NCBI GenBank assembly: GCA_937889945.1
Contig: CALBZC010000009.1
Location: forward strand, 49,532 to 113,531
Direction of reading: 5' to 3'
Length of the DNA: 64,000 nucleotides
Source: an uncultured Bacteroidales bacterium
GTDB lineage: Bacteria > Bacteroidota > Bacteroidia > Bacteroidales > UBA4417
The notes under the pieces were generated by a model, which saw nothing but the letters and a program-made list of their open reading frames with translations, did not search any database and was not told the origin of the DNA. Shown here in pieces: positions 1-10,222 of the stretch (the first letter of the stretch is position 1; each line of letters begins with the position of its first letter). The position numbers and the translations under genes were made by a program.

Positions 1-603
1 GCGCTCAAAACCCTCTTTAAAAAATTCTTTATTTTGGTATATATCCAAATGGTCTGCATCTACACTGGTAATAATGGCAACATAAGGGAAAAGCTGCAAA
101 AACGACCGATCGAATTCATCCGCTTCTGCAACCATAAAATCAGAGGTATCCGAAATCAACACATTGGTTTCATAGTTGCGCGCAATGCCTCCTAAAAAAG
201 CCTGACATCCTACCGCCGAGTTGTGCATTATATGCGAAACCATAGTAGATATGGTGGTTTTGCCATGTGTTCCCGCGCATGCTATGGTACGATAGGTTTG
301 CGAGAGCATGCCTAATACCTGTGCTCTTTTATACAACAGAACATCCGAATTTCTGAAAAATTCCAATTCCACATTTGCTGCAGGAACAGCCGGCGTATAT
401 ACTACAAAATCTATATTTGAAGGTATATTTTCAACGTTTTCTTCATAATGGATAACCATACCCTCTTTTTCCAGGATCTTTGTAAGGGCAGTTACAGTTC
501 GGTCATAACCATATATCTCAAAACCTTTAGCCTTGAAATAGCGCGCAATGGCACTCATTCCAATTCCTCCTATACCAAGAAAATAGAGCCTCTTAAATTT
601 CAT
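1..603 (-). CDS. murC: UDP-N-acetylmuramate--L-alanine ligase, N-terminal part (gene continues beyond window start)
   Basis: Not in ORF track as a full ORF. Manual minus-strand translation from ATG at 603 gives MKFKRLYFLGIGGIGMSAIARYFKAKGFEIYGYDR... and the Mur-ligase P-loop GTHGKTT (approx 253-273). It occupies the expected slot after murG in the dcw order. Confidence 0.85.
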   Translation of the reverse strand, partial: MKFKRLYFLGIGGIGMSAIARYFKAKGFEIYGYDRTVTALTKILEKEGMVIHYEENVENIPSNIDFVVYTPAVPAANVELEFFRNSDVLLYKRAQVLGMLSQTYRTIACAGTHGKTTISTMVSHIMHNSAVGCQAFLGGIARNYETNVLISDTSDFMVAEADEFDRSFLQLFPYVAIITSVDADHLDIYQNKEFFKEGFER

Positions 604-616
604 ATCAGGAAGTGGG

Positions 617-1744
617 CTATACATCGTTTTTGCTTTTAATTAAAGATAATGCCAATTCGGCTATATGATTTGCAGCATCAGGATATGCCAGTTGTTTTAT
701 ATTTTCAGCTAACTTTTTTCTCAGCACCTCATCTTTAGCTAAGGATATAACAGCAGGAGCAAGATTCTCCAACGCATCCTGATCTTTCACCATTATACCC
801 GCTTGTTGTTTTACCAAAGCAAGTGCATTTTTTGTTTGATGATCCTCTGTTACGTTAGGAGAAGGCACCAATATAGAAGCTTTGGAAGTTATGCACAATT
901 CGGATATGGCAATAGCCCCTGCTCTGGACACCACAATATCAGCGGCAGCATATGCTTTATCCATATCCGTAATAAATGGCATGGTAAGCAATCCGGGCAA
1001 AGCAAGCGCAATAATCCTATTTTTAGCCGTTTCAGCGTAGGGTTTACCCGTTTGCCATATCAACTGTATATCTTGTGCACTAAACTGCTCCAAACTCTTA
1101 TCAATACTTTTGTTAATTGTTTTTGCGCCTAAGCTTCCGCCCACAACAAGCACGGTAATTTTTTTGCTATCCAAACCAAAAAACCGGCATGCCTCATCTT
1201 TTGAAACAGCAAGGTTCTCAATTTGAGAACGAACGGGATTTCCCAACACATGCAGTTTATGTGTAGGGAAATATCTCCCCATGTCAGGATAAGCAACACA
1301 AATGGCATCCACGCTTGACTTTAATATTTTATTGGTAATGCCCGGAAAAGAGTTTTGTTCCTGTATAAGCGATGGGATACCCATCCAAGAAGCCACTCTT
1401 AGCGTAGGCGCAGAGGCATAGCCTCCGGTTCCTATTGCCACATCAGGTTTGAATGAACGAATAATTTGGCGTGCCTTCAGCAGGCTGGATATTATTTTAA
1501 ATGGTATTTTAAGATTCTCTAAATTTACTTTACGCTGCAAGCCACTAATATTAAGACCCTCTATAGGATAGCCTGCCGCCGGCACTTTCTCCATTTCCAT
1601 TCTGCCATTAGCTCCCACAAATAAGAATTCTGCATCAGGATGCTTTTCTTTTATTGCATTGGCAATAGCTATAGCCGGAAATATGTGTCCGCCGGTTCCA
1701 CCGCCGCTCAAAATAACTTTTATATTTTTATTCTGTTTCATCAT
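617..1744 (-). CDS. murG: Undecaprenyldiphospho-muramoylpentapeptide beta-N-acetylglucosaminyltransferase
   Basis: 375 aa. N-terminal SGGGTGGHIFPAIAIA glycine loop typical of MurG. dcw synteny between ftsW and murC. Confidence 0.92.
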   Translation of the reverse strand: MMKQNKNIKVILSGGGTGGHIFPAIAIANAIKEKHPDAEFLFVGANGRMEMEKVPAAGYPIEGLNISGLQRKVNLENLKIPFKIISSLLKARQIIRSFKPDVAIGTGGYASAPTLRVASWMGIPSLIQEQNSFPGITNKILKSSVDAICVAYPDMGRYFPTHKLHVLGNPVRSQIENLAVSKDEACRFFGLDSKKITVLVVGGSLGAKTINKSIDKSLEQFSAQDIQLIWQTGKPYAETAKNRIIALALPGLLTMPFITDMDKAYAAADIVVSRAGAIAISELCITSKASILVPSPNVTEDHQTKNALALVKQQAGIMVKDQDALENLAPAVISLAKDEVLRKKLAENIKQLAYPDAANHIAELALSLIKSKNDV

Positions 1745-2903
1745 TATCCGTTAAAGGTTGTACTTCTAAATTGCCTGTTGTTTCTAATTCTTTACTCACG
1801 CTTAAAATAATTCCAATAGCGATACTGGTAAACCAAATGCTTGTTCCGCCCATACTCACCAAGGGCAATGGCTGCCCGGTGACGGGCACAAGACCAACAG
1901 CAACAGCCATGTTTACAAAAGCCTGAAACACAAGACTCAGCGTAACGCCTATTGCCAGCAACGCGCCAAAATTGCCCGGCGCTTGTATAGCAATTCGTAT
2001 GCCACGGTACAGCAGAATAAGATACATGAGAATAATTACAATGCCTCCAAACAATCCATACTCTTCAATAATAATTGCATAAATAAAGTCGTTAAACGGG
2101 TTAGGTACAAAATTTTTCTGCATACTGTTACCCGGCATTTTACCCATGATGCCACCGTTTGCTATGGCAATCTGCGCCTGCTCTTTTTGAAAATTATCAT
2201 CCGAATCGCCCCGTCCTATAAAGTTTTCAATACGGCTTTGCCATGTACCCAAACGTCCGCTTGAATGCGGCGACATCATTAAAATAGTTATAAATATAGT
2301 TAACACAACGGCTCCTATTCCTAACAATTCTGCTATATACCGAATTTTTACCCCTCCAATAAATATTAAAACAATACAGGTTAAAAACAAAATGGCTGCC
2401 GTAGAAAAATTTGCCGGCAATATAAGTCCGCAAACAGCCAAAACGGGAAGCACTATAGGAATAAAACCTTTACGAAAATCTTTTATCTGCTCCTGCTTTA
2501 ATGCCAATGAGCGCGCTACAAACATGATAAGCGCAAGTTTTGCCAAATCGGAAGGCTGAAACATAATATTAATGCCGGGGAGCGTGGTCCAGCGCGCCGC
2601 TTCATTCTTCACCACACCAAAAAACAGTGTGTAGAACAACAACGGCAACGACAATACAAGCAATATCATCGATATACGGGAGTAATAAACATACTTTATT
2701 TTATGGGAAGCATACATTAATATAAATCCGAAAATAAGAATGCCCATGTGTTTAAGTACATAATATTCCGTATTTCCTTGTTTAAAGCGAAAAGCCAACG
2801 TCATGGTAGAGCTATAAACTGCCAACACAGAGAAAATAGACAGTACTATTACCACTGCCCATATCACTTTATCGCCTCTAACATTCGGAAGTATCGGTTT
2901 CAT
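1728..2903 (-). CDS. ftsW: SEDS-family peptidoglycan glycosyltransferase FtsW (FtsW/RodA/SpoVE)
   Basis: 391 aa polytopic membrane protein. Conserved C-terminal PLPLVSMGGTS motif. dcw synteny. Confidence 0.9.
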   Translation of the reverse strand: MKPILPNVRGDKVIWAVVIVLSIFSVLAVYSSTMTLAFRFKQGNTEYYVLKHMGILIFGFILMYASHKIKYVYYSRISMILLVLSLPLLFYTLFFGVVKNEAARWTTLPGINIMFQPSDLAKLALIMFVARSLALKQEQIKDFRKGFIPIVLPVLAVCGLILPANFSTAAILFLTCIVLIFIGGVKIRYIAELLGIGAVVLTIFITILMMSPHSSGRLGTWQSRIENFIGRGDSDDNFQKEQAQIAIANGGIMGKMPGNSMQKNFVPNPFNDFIYAIIIEEYGLFGGIVIILMYLILLYRGIRIAIQAPGNFGALLAIGVTLSLVFQAFVNMAVAVGLVPVTGQPLPLVSMGGTSIWFTSIAIGIILSVSKELETTGNLEVQPLTDNDETE

Positions 2904-2926
2904 TTTTTCTCTTATATATATATTAA

Positions 2927-3475
2927 CTATAATTGCTTAATTACTTCTTTAAATTTATTTCCCCTGTCCTCATAGTTTTCAAACAAATCAAAGCTAGGGC
3001 AAGCGGGCGACAAAAGGACTGTATCTCCTTTTTTGCCTAATGAATATGCCATTAAAACGGCATCTTCCGCCGACTTCACTTCATATATTTCAGGAACTAT
3101 AGAAGCAAAGGCATTTCGTATGTTTGTATTTTCCAATCCTAAACATATAATAACTTTTACCTTTTGTGCCACCAACGGAAGTATCTTGGTATAATCGTTT
3201 CCTTTATCCACTCCACCTGCAATCCATATTACCGGCTCGTTCATACTTTCCAACGCGTACCATGTGCCATTGACGTTAGTAGATTTGGAATCATTAATAT
3301 ATTTCACCCCATGCACTTGCGAAACATACTCCAACTTATGCTCTATATTTTCAAAGTCGCTTAACGACTCGCGAATACTCTTATTTCTTAATTCAACCAA
3401 TCGATGTCCCACACCGGCTGCCATTGAATCGTAAATATTCGTCTTCCCCTGTAATGCTAATTCTTCGAGTGTCAT
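2927..3475 (-). CDS. murD: UDP-N-acetylmuramoylalanine--D-glutamate ligase, C-terminal domain only (truncated; about 260 N-terminal residues missing)
   Basis: 182 aa. Contains EHKLEYV, INDSKSTNVNGT and LLSPACPSFDLF, typical of the MurD C-terminal domain. There is no GxxGKT P-loop. Only 39 bp separate it from the mraY stop, and an in-frame TAA lies at 3488-3490. Confidence 0.8.
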   Translation of the reverse strand: MTLEELALQGKTNIYDSMAAGVGHRLVELRNKSIRESLSDFENIEHKLEYVSQVHGVKYINDSKSTNVNGTWYALESMNEPVIWIAGGVDKGNDYTKILPLVAQKVKVIICLGLENTNIRNAFASIVPEIYEVKSAEDAVLMAYSLGKKGDTVLLSPACPSFDLFENYEDRGNKFKEVIKQL

Positions 3476-3514
3476 AATCCTGAAATATTATTTTTTTATT
3501 TTTATACAATTAAA

Positions 3515-4780
3515 TTATCTTATTTTTAATGTTATCACCGATACCAGCGCGAGCAATATTCCCACAATAAGGAAACGCATTACTATCTTGGGTTCCGGGT
3601 AACCTTTTTTTTGGTAGTGATGATGCAAAGGCGACATAAGAAATATGCGTCTGCCTTCGCCGTATTTTTTTCGTGTATATTTAAAATAGGTTGTCTGCAT
3701 CACTACAGAAAGGTTTTCCATTAGAAAAATACCGCAAAGTATAGGTATTAAAAGCTCTTTGCGTATAATAATGGCAAAAGCCGCTATAATCCCGCCTAAT
3801 GCCAAACTTCCCGTATCACCCATAAACACTTGTGCCGGAAATGAATTATACCACAAAAATCCGATACAGGCTCCCACCACCGCGCTTATAAATACAACCA
3901 ATTCGCCGGTGTTAGGAATATACATGATATTCAGGTAGTCGGCAAATACTATATTACCGCTTACCCATGCCAATATGCCCAATGTGAGCGCTATAATTGC
4001 AGAAGTGCCCGTTGCCAAGCCATCCATCCCGTCCGTTAAATTAGCCCCGTTGGAAACAGCCGTAATTATAAAAATCACCAAAGGGATAAAAATTAACCAT
4101 GCCCAATCTTTGTAGTCATCGCCAACCCATTTGAGCACCACAGCATAGTCAAATTCATTATTCTTAAAAAAAGGAATGGTTGTTTTGGTTGATTTTACAG
4201 GCTCTTTGCTAAAACGCGTGGTATGATCCTTAATTTGCTCGAAAGAAGTGAGGCCGCCTACAGTTTGAACGGTATTTTTTTTGTGTGGTTCCGGCATTTT
4301 TTCGCGAATTACAACCTGTGGATTCATATATAGCACGGTTCCCAATACCAAACCCGCAATCACCTGTCCTAATATTTTAAACTTACCTGAAAGTCCCTCC
4401 TTATTCTTCCTGAAAACCTTAATATAATCATCCATAAAACCAAACATCCCCAACCAAACGGTTACAAAAAGCATAAGAAGTATGTAAATATTTGAAAGCT
4501 TTGCAAATAAAAGAACCGGAATAAGGATAGACCCCAAAATAATGACCCCGCCCATGGTGGGTGTTCCCGCTTTTTTGGATTGCCCTTCAAGTCCTAACTC
4601 CCGAATGGTTTCACCAATCTGTTTATATTTCAGAAAATTAATAACTTTTCTACCATATACCATAGATATAAAAAGCGAGAAAATGGCAGCCAACGCCGCA
4701 CGAAACGTGATAAACTGGAACATTCCTGTTCCGGGAATATCATACGCTTTATCTAAAAAAGAAAACAGATAGTATAACAT
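3515..4780 (-). CDS. mraY: Phospho-N-acetylmuramoyl-pentapeptide transferase
   Basis: 421 aa polytopic membrane protein. Motifs [26 protein letters not shown] and [10 protein letters not shown]. dcw synteny. Confidence 0.93.
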   Translation of the reverse strand: MLYYLFSFLDKAYDIPGTGMFQFITFRAALAAIFSLFISMVYGRKVINFLKYKQIGETIRELGLEGQSKKAGTPTMGGVIILGSILIPVLLFAKLSNIYILLMLFVTVWLGMFGFMDDYIKVFRKNKEGLSGKFKILGQVIAGLVLGTVLYMNPQVVIREKMPEPHKKNTVQTVGGLTSFEQIKDHTTRFSKEPVKSTKTTIPFFKNNEFDYAVVLKWVGDDYKDWAWLIFIPLVIFIITAVSNGANLTDGMDGLATGTSAIIALTLGILAWVSGNIVFADYLNIMYIPNTGELVVFISAVVGACIGFLWYNSFPAQVFMGDTGSLALGGIIAAFAIIIRKELLIPILCGIFLMENLSVVMQTTYFKYTRKKYGEGRRIFLMSPLHHHYQKKGYPEPKIVMRFLIVGILLALVSVITLKIR

Positions 4781-4786
4781 AATGCC

Positions 4787-6244
4787 TTATTTTTCTAATA
4801 AATACTCTGCTAACACCTCTTTATCGTCAAAGTGATGCTTTACCCCGTTAATTTCCTGATAATTTTCGTGTCCTTTTCCTGCCACCAGTATGATATTATC
4901 TTCACCTGCCAATATGCACGCCAGCTTTATGGCTTCTTTTCTATCCGGCATCACTACCACATTTTTTTCATATTGCTTGCTCACGCCTTCATACATCTGG
5001 CGTATAATTTCGTCAGGGTCTTCCGTTCTCGGATTATCAGAGGTAAGAATGGTTCTGGTACTGTTTTCTGTTGCAATGCGCGCCATAATGGGACGTTTGG
5101 TTGCATCTCTGTCTCCCCCGCAGCCCACTACCGTTATAAGTTGCTGTCCCGCAGCTCTTAAATCGTTGATGGTTTCAATCACATTTTCCAACGCGTCAGG
5201 CGTATGGGCGTAATCAACAATAGCAATCGTGCCGTTTTCTGCAATAATATAGTCAAAACGTCCTTTTATACTTTTAAGCCCGCTCAATACACGCAATACC
5301 TCTTGCGCATCTTCTCCCAGCAAAACGGCTGCCGCATATACACTTAAAACGTTATAGGCATTGAACCTCCCTACCAAACGGCTCCACATTTCAACCCCGT
5401 TAATTTCCAAGTGCAGCCCTGTTAAAGGCGCTTCTATCAACTTACCTTTAAAGTCAGCCAAATGCTGAAAACTGTATGTTTTTTTCAGCGCTTTTGTATT
5501 TTGCAACATTACCAAGCCGTTTTTATCGTCAATATTGGTAAGCGCAAAGGCTGTTTGTGGCAGCATATCAAAAAATCCTTTTTTAGCTTTAATATATGCG
5601 TCAAAGGTTTTATGAAAATCAAGATGGTCAAGCGTAATATTTGAAAATATACCGCCTGCAAAATGCAAGCCCGCCACACGTTGTTGAACCACAGCGTGCG
5701 AACTAACCTCCATAAAGCAGTATTCGCACCCTTTCTCCACCATTTGTTTCAACAAACCATTAAGATCTATAGTATCAGGTGTAGTATGGGTTGCAGGGAT
5801 AACATCGTCATTAATCTGATTGGCAATGGTAGAAAGTAAGCCTACTCCATAACCCAATCCTTGAAAAAGATTAAATAACAAAGTTGCCGTAGTGGTTTTT
5901 CCATTGGTTCCTGTAATGCCCACCAATTTTAATTTGCGCGAAGGATTGTCAAACCAGTTGGAAGCCATAATACCCATAGTTTCAGCGGAATTATTTACTT
6001 TAACATATGTAACATCCTGCATAATATCTATCGGTAGCACTTCGCAAACGATAGCTTTGGCTCCTTTTTCTATCACTTCAGAAATAAAAGAGTGTCCATC
6101 CACCCTCGTTCCGGAAATAGCGAAAAACACGCTTCCGTGCTCCACTTTTCTGGAATCAAAAGCAACAGAGCTAATCACTATATCGGCATTACCCAATAAT
6201 TGATTAATTTTTACATTCTTTAATATATCTGATAATAGTTTCAT
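4787..6244 (-). CDS. murE: UDP-N-acetylmuramoyl-L-alanyl-D-glutamate--2,6-diaminopimelate ligase
   Basis: 485 aa. P-loop GITGTNGKTT. A DNPR motif (SDNPRTEDP) indicates meso-DAP specificity. dcw synteny. Confidence 0.92.
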   Translation of the reverse strand: MKLLSDILKNVKINQLLGNADIVISSVAFDSRKVEHGSVFFAISGTRVDGHSFISEVIEKGAKAIVCEVLPIDIMQDVTYVKVNNSAETMGIMASNWFDNPSRKLKLVGITGTNGKTTTATLLFNLFQGLGYGVGLLSTIANQINDDVIPATHTTPDTIDLNGLLKQMVEKGCEYCFMEVSSHAVVQQRVAGLHFAGGIFSNITLDHLDFHKTFDAYIKAKKGFFDMLPQTAFALTNIDDKNGLVMLQNTKALKKTYSFQHLADFKGKLIEAPLTGLHLEINGVEMWSRLVGRFNAYNVLSVYAAAVLLGEDAQEVLRVLSGLKSIKGRFDYIIAENGTIAIVDYAHTPDALENVIETINDLRAAGQQLITVVGCGGDRDATKRPIMARIATENSTRTILTSDNPRTEDPDEIIRQMYEGVSKQYEKNVVVMPDRKEAIKLACILAGEDNIILVAGKGHENYQEINGVKHHFDDKEVLAEYLLEK

Positions 6245-6247
6245 AAC

Positions 6248-8332
6248 CTACACCCCTAATTCTAATATTACACTTTGTCCTTTTCCTATTGCGCTGCCGG
6301 GATTTAACGACTGTTTTTTTACCATACCTACCCCTCTCACCTGAACTTTTACCCCCGACTTTTCCAGCAAATAGAGCGCATCTTTAATTCCCATACCTAT
6401 AAGGTTGGGCATTACTTTATTCTGAGCCGTAATACCCTTAGAAATATTTCCATCGCTACACATCCAGCCATTTTCGTGTTTTTGCATCGGCATATAACCC
6501 ATCCATTTATTTATATAGTTTACATCTTTTATAAACCCTGTTTTAAAAGGATTTTCAGGTTTTACTGCCAAATCACCTTTCCACTCTGCGCCAAAATCAG
6601 GGTCTGTGGCATATACACGGTCGGCAATTTCGCGCACTACCGGCGCTGACACTTCAGCCCCATATATCCCCACATCATTAGGCGTATTAACCACTACAAT
6701 ACAAGAATATTTAGGATTATCGGCAGGAAAATACCCTACAAAAGAAGCCCTGTAATTCTTCTTGTTGTAACCGCTGTTGTTTTGTGCCAACTGTGCGGTA
6801 CCGGTTTTACCGGCAAACTTATATATGGGATTGCGCAAAGCCTTGCCTGTTCCGTTTTCCACTACACCTTCCAACATCGTTTGCGCCATTTTTATAGCTT
6901 GTGGCGAAGCTATCCTTGCATTTAATACGGTAGGTGCAAATGATTTAACCACCAATCCATTGCTGCGTATTTCCTTTATAAAATAGGGCTTTACCATTAC
7001 ACCATTATTTGCCACTGCATTATAAAAGGTCAATGTTTGTAAAGGTGTAAGTGCCACCTCATAGCCAATAGACATCCACGGCAACGAAACCTTAGACCAT
7101 GTTTTAGATGATGTATTTTTTACTATGGGAGCGCCCTCCCCACTTATTTCCAATCCTAATTTTTTATTTATCCCGAAAGCATATAACCTGTCAATGAACT
7201 TTTGTGGTTTTGCGCCGTATGCTTTGGTTATAATCTTAGATATTCCCACGTTGGAAGAATGTTCAAAAAGCTCCTGCACGGTAAAAGTGCCCGTGCGTCC
7301 ATGTGTACCATCGGTCATAACCCTGTTGGCATAAACCGTACTAACCGTGGTGCTGTATCTGTCGTTCAGCTTCACTTTATTATCTTCAAAAGCAGCTAAT
7401 AACGAATAGAGCTTGAATGTAGAGCCCGGCTCTGCACTTTCGGCAATGGCATAATTATAATTTTCACTATACGTGCTGTCGCCTACCTTACCTAAGTTAG
7501 CTATAGCCTTTATTTCGCCGGTTTTCACATCCATTACTATGGCACTTCCGTGATATGCTTTATATTTCACCAATTGGCGATATAACGCGCTTTCTGCAAC
7601 ATCTTGCAGGTTAATGTCAAGGGTAGTGATGATATCATTCCCGTTTTTGGGCTGCACTTCCGACTTGTTGGCTATCGGTCTCCAATAGTCACCCGGTATG
7701 CGTTGATATAACTTTTTCCCTGCTTCACCTTCGAGCTGCTTATTAAATGATGCTTCAATACCCACATTATTGGGGCTCTCCTCCTTATACCAGCCAATGG
7801 TGCGATATGCCAGGTTATCATACGGATAAATCCTTTTGTATTGTATGGTTGTAATCAAACCTCCCCTATGCTTTTTTGAGCGAAATAAAGGGAACGTACG
7901 CACAGACTTTAATTGTTCATAGTCCACGTTACGCTTGAGCAACAAATACCTATTTTTATCTACCCTTGCTTTCAGCAACATCAATTTATATTGCTTCTTG
8001 TTTTTATCTTTAAAAATATTTGCCAAGCAAAGAGACAACGAATCTACATCTTTACTAAATGAAGAATCGGGGATATCAGGCGAAGCTACATCCATACGAA
8101 GTTCAAAAAGAGGCACTGAGGTAGCCAGCACTTCACCATCGCTATCATATATATTGCCTCTGTTAGGCTCTATATTAAAATAGCGCAACGACTGCTTAAT
8201 TGCTTTCGCCCTCCACATATCGCCCTGCGCCAGCTGGACATACAAAACCTTTCCTATTATTGTTACAGCCAGAATAAAAATCAAGCCATAAACAATATAA
8301 GCTCTTTTGAATATGAAGGTCTTGTTATCCAT
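6248..8332 (-). CDS. ftsI: Class B penicillin-binding protein / peptidoglycan D,D-transpeptidase FtsI with C-terminal PASTA-like domain
   Basis: 694 aa. N-terminal TM anchor. Transpeptidase motifs STFK (EPGSTFKLYS), SSN (HSSNVG) and KTGT (AGKTGTAQ). The C-terminal ~60 aa resemble PASTA. Confidence 0.9.
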   Translation of the reverse strand: MDNKTFIFKRAYIVYGLIFILAVTIIGKVLYVQLAQGDMWRAKAIKQSLRYFNIEPNRGNIYDSDGEVLATSVPLFELRMDVASPDIPDSSFSKDVDSLSLCLANIFKDKNKKQYKLMLLKARVDKNRYLLLKRNVDYEQLKSVRTFPLFRSKKHRGGLITTIQYKRIYPYDNLAYRTIGWYKEESPNNVGIEASFNKQLEGEAGKKLYQRIPGDYWRPIANKSEVQPKNGNDIITTLDINLQDVAESALYRQLVKYKAYHGSAIVMDVKTGEIKAIANLGKVGDSTYSENYNYAIAESAEPGSTFKLYSLLAAFEDNKVKLNDRYSTTVSTVYANRVMTDGTHGRTGTFTVQELFEHSSNVGISKIITKAYGAKPQKFIDRLYAFGINKKLGLEISGEGAPIVKNTSSKTWSKVSLPWMSIGYEVALTPLQTLTFYNAVANNGVMVKPYFIKEIRSNGLVVKSFAPTVLNARIASPQAIKMAQTMLEGVVENGTGKALRNPIYKFAGKTGTAQLAQNNSGYNKKNYRASFVGYFPADNPKYSCIVVVNTPNDVGIYGAEVSAPVVREIADRVYATDPDFGAEWKGDLAVKPENPFKTGFIKDVNYINKWMGYMPMQKHENGWMCSDGNISKGITAQNKVMPNLIGMGIKDALYLLEKSGVKVQVRGVGMVKKQSLNPGSAIGKGQSVILELGV

Positions 8333-8345
8333 TTAATTGGTTATA

Positions 8346-8807
8346 TTATTTCAAATTTTTTGTAGGCACTTCTATTATTATCTTTTTTGCCGGCTCTTTG
8401 GTTTCTTTCAATCCGCTTTTTTTCAACCGATCCGCTATCTCGGACTGTGTGGTAAGTTGCATCAGCAATGCCCTTGTATTTACATAATCATACCTGTATT
8501 CTTCATTTTGCTTTTTAAGTTTGGCAATCTTCACCACCGTTTTATTGGCAAAATTGCTGTTATATATATATATGACAGCTAAAAAGGTTAGAAACAGTAT
8601 AAATGGCAGAAACTTCACCACGTTAGTTTGCACCAGAAACGAACCTTCCAATATACTTTTCGCACCTTTACTCTTTTTTCCTCCACTTGCTACCTGAGGT
8701 TGTGCGGATTCCGAAGCATGTTCGCTTGCAGCATTGCTTTCTGCATCTTCAGCATTGATCGTATTTTTAAATTCTTCGTTCATCTTATCACGCTTTTTTT
8801 TCGGCAA
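8346..8807 (-). CDS. FtsL-like cell division protein (single TM, coiled-coil region)
   Basis: 153 aa with a charged N-terminus, one TM (FLPFILFLTFLAVIYIY) and a periplasmic tail. It sits in the ftsL slot between rsmH and ftsI. The start may instead be M9 at 8783, which avoids the 20-bp overlap with rsmH. Confidence 0.7.
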   Translation of the reverse strand: MPKKKRDKMNEEFKNTINAEDAESNAASEHASESAQPQVASGGKKSKGAKSILEGSFLVQTNVVKFLPFILFLTFLAVIYIYNSNFANKTVVKIAKLKKQNEEYRYDYVNTRALLMQLTTQSEIADRLKKSGLKETKEPAKKIIIEVPTKNLK

Positions 8808-9687
8808 CTCTTAATTTTGCACTTCTGGCGCGAGGATTAGCGTCAATCTCTTTTTCGTTGGGAATAATAGGTTTGCGGCTAATCAACTGCCAAGGTGTTT
8901 CTACTTTACCATAAAAATCTTTATGTAGTTCACCTTCAAAATTGCCTGTTTTCATAAAATTCTTCACCAAACGATCTTCTAATGAATGATATGAAATTAC
9001 GGCAAGCCGCCCTCCTACCTTTAATACATCAAGTGTTTGCAGCAACATATTTTTAAGCACTTCCATTTCATCATTAATTTCAATGCGTATAGCCTGAAAT
9101 ACCTGTGCCAGATATTTATTTTCCTGATGTTTTGGGGTGCATTTTCTTATGGTTTCTTTAAACTGAGCTGTTGTAGAAATCTGACTTTCTGCACGAGCCA
9201 GTACTATTTGAGATGCAAGTTTTGAAGCATTATCAATTTCACCGTATTTTTCAAACACTTCTTTTAAAGCTTCCTGCGAATACGTATTTACAAGCTCTTG
9301 TGCGGAAAACTTCTGATTTTGAGACATACGCATATCCAACGGTCCGTCAAAGCGGGTAGCAAAGCCACGTGCAGCCGTATCAATCTGGTACGAAGATATG
9401 CCCAAGTCGGCTAAAATGCCATCCACGGGCAATGCGTTATGGTAACGGAGAAAATTTTTGAGGTATTTAAAATTCTGATCTACAAATATAAAGCGCGCAT
9501 CATCTTGTATATTTTGTTGCGCATCCGCATCCTGATCAAAAGCAATAAGGCGCCCCTTGGGGCGAAGGTGCTTAAGGATTTCTTTTGAATGACCACCGCC
9601 TCCAAACGTAAGGTCAACATAAACGCCTTCCGGGTTTATATTAAGACCTTCAATACTTTCTTGCAATAATGCAGGTTGGTGATACAT
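8788..9687 (-). CDS. rsmH: 16S rRNA (cytosine1402-N4)-methyltransferase
   Basis: 299 aa. Motifs DLTFGGGGHS, DLGISSYQ and HSLEDR characteristic of RsmH/MraW. Confidence 0.93.
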   Translation of the reverse strand: MYHQPALLQESIEGLNINPEGVYVDLTFGGGGHSKEILKHLRPKGRLIAFDQDADAQQNIQDDARFIFVDQNFKYLKNFLRYHNALPVDGILADLGISSYQIDTAARGFATRFDGPLDMRMSQNQKFSAQELVNTYSQEALKEVFEKYGEIDNASKLASQIVLARAESQISTTAQFKETIRKCTPKHQENKYLAQVFQAIRIEINDEMEVLKNMLLQTLDVLKVGGRLAVISYHSLEDRLVKNFMKTGNFEGELHKDFYGKVETPWQLISRKPIIPNEKEIDANPRARSAKLRVAEKKA

Positions 9688-9691
9688 TGTA

Positions 9692-10156
9692 TTATTCGTT
9701 TAAATTAATATTTCCTAAAATATCCTCCGCCAAATCAGACATATCTTCTTGTGCCGCCAATACTTCCTTATCATAACGCTCCTTATCCCATATTTCTATG
9801 GCATCCATCTTGGCATTTACCACAATTTCGCCTGTTATTCCGGCAAACACGGCTAAATCTTTCGGCACCAGTATCCTTCCGGTAGCATCAAGTTCAACCT
9901 CACGTAGTCCGGCATTAAAAGCCCGGATAAAATCATTATGTTTTTTTACAAACCGGTTAAGCTTGCTGATAATTTTCCGGTTAAGCTCATCCCATGTGGA
10001 TTGCGGATATAACTCAAGACATGTACTGAAAATGCTTTTCTTGACAATGAAACGTTCCTTAACGGATTCCCCCAATTGGTTTTTCAACGCAACAGGCAAC
10101 ATAAACCTGCCTTTTGCGTCAACCTTGCAAATATATTCGCCTTGTAGAGGAATCAT
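9692..10156 (-). CDS. mraZ: Division/cell wall cluster transcriptional regulator MraZ
   Basis: 154 aa with duplicated SpoVT/AbrB-like halves, each carrying a D-x-K/T-GR motif (VDAKGRFMLP and LDATGRILVP). First gene of the dcw cluster. Confidence 0.92.
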   Translation of the reverse strand: MIPLQGEYICKVDAKGRFMLPVALKNQLGESVKERFIVKKSIFSTCLELYPQSTWDELNRKIISKLNRFVKKHNDFIRAFNAGLREVELDATGRILVPKDLAVFAGITGEIVVNAKMDAIEIWDKERYDKEVLAAQEDMSDLAEDILGNINLNE

Positions 10157-10197
10157 GTAATAAAGCTTTATTTCGATTGTAAAATTACTATCGATTT

Positions 10198-10222
10198 ACC
10201 ACTTTACTCCATTTTTTACCAC
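10198..10222 (-). promoter_or_regulatory. Candidate MraZ operator: three direct GTGGT/ATGGA/GTGGT boxes at exact 10-bp phasing
   Basis: The minus strand reads GTGGTAAAAAATGGAGTAAAGTGGTAAA, 42-66 bp upstream of the mraZ ATG. Two boxes match AAAGTGG. Confidence 0.5.
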
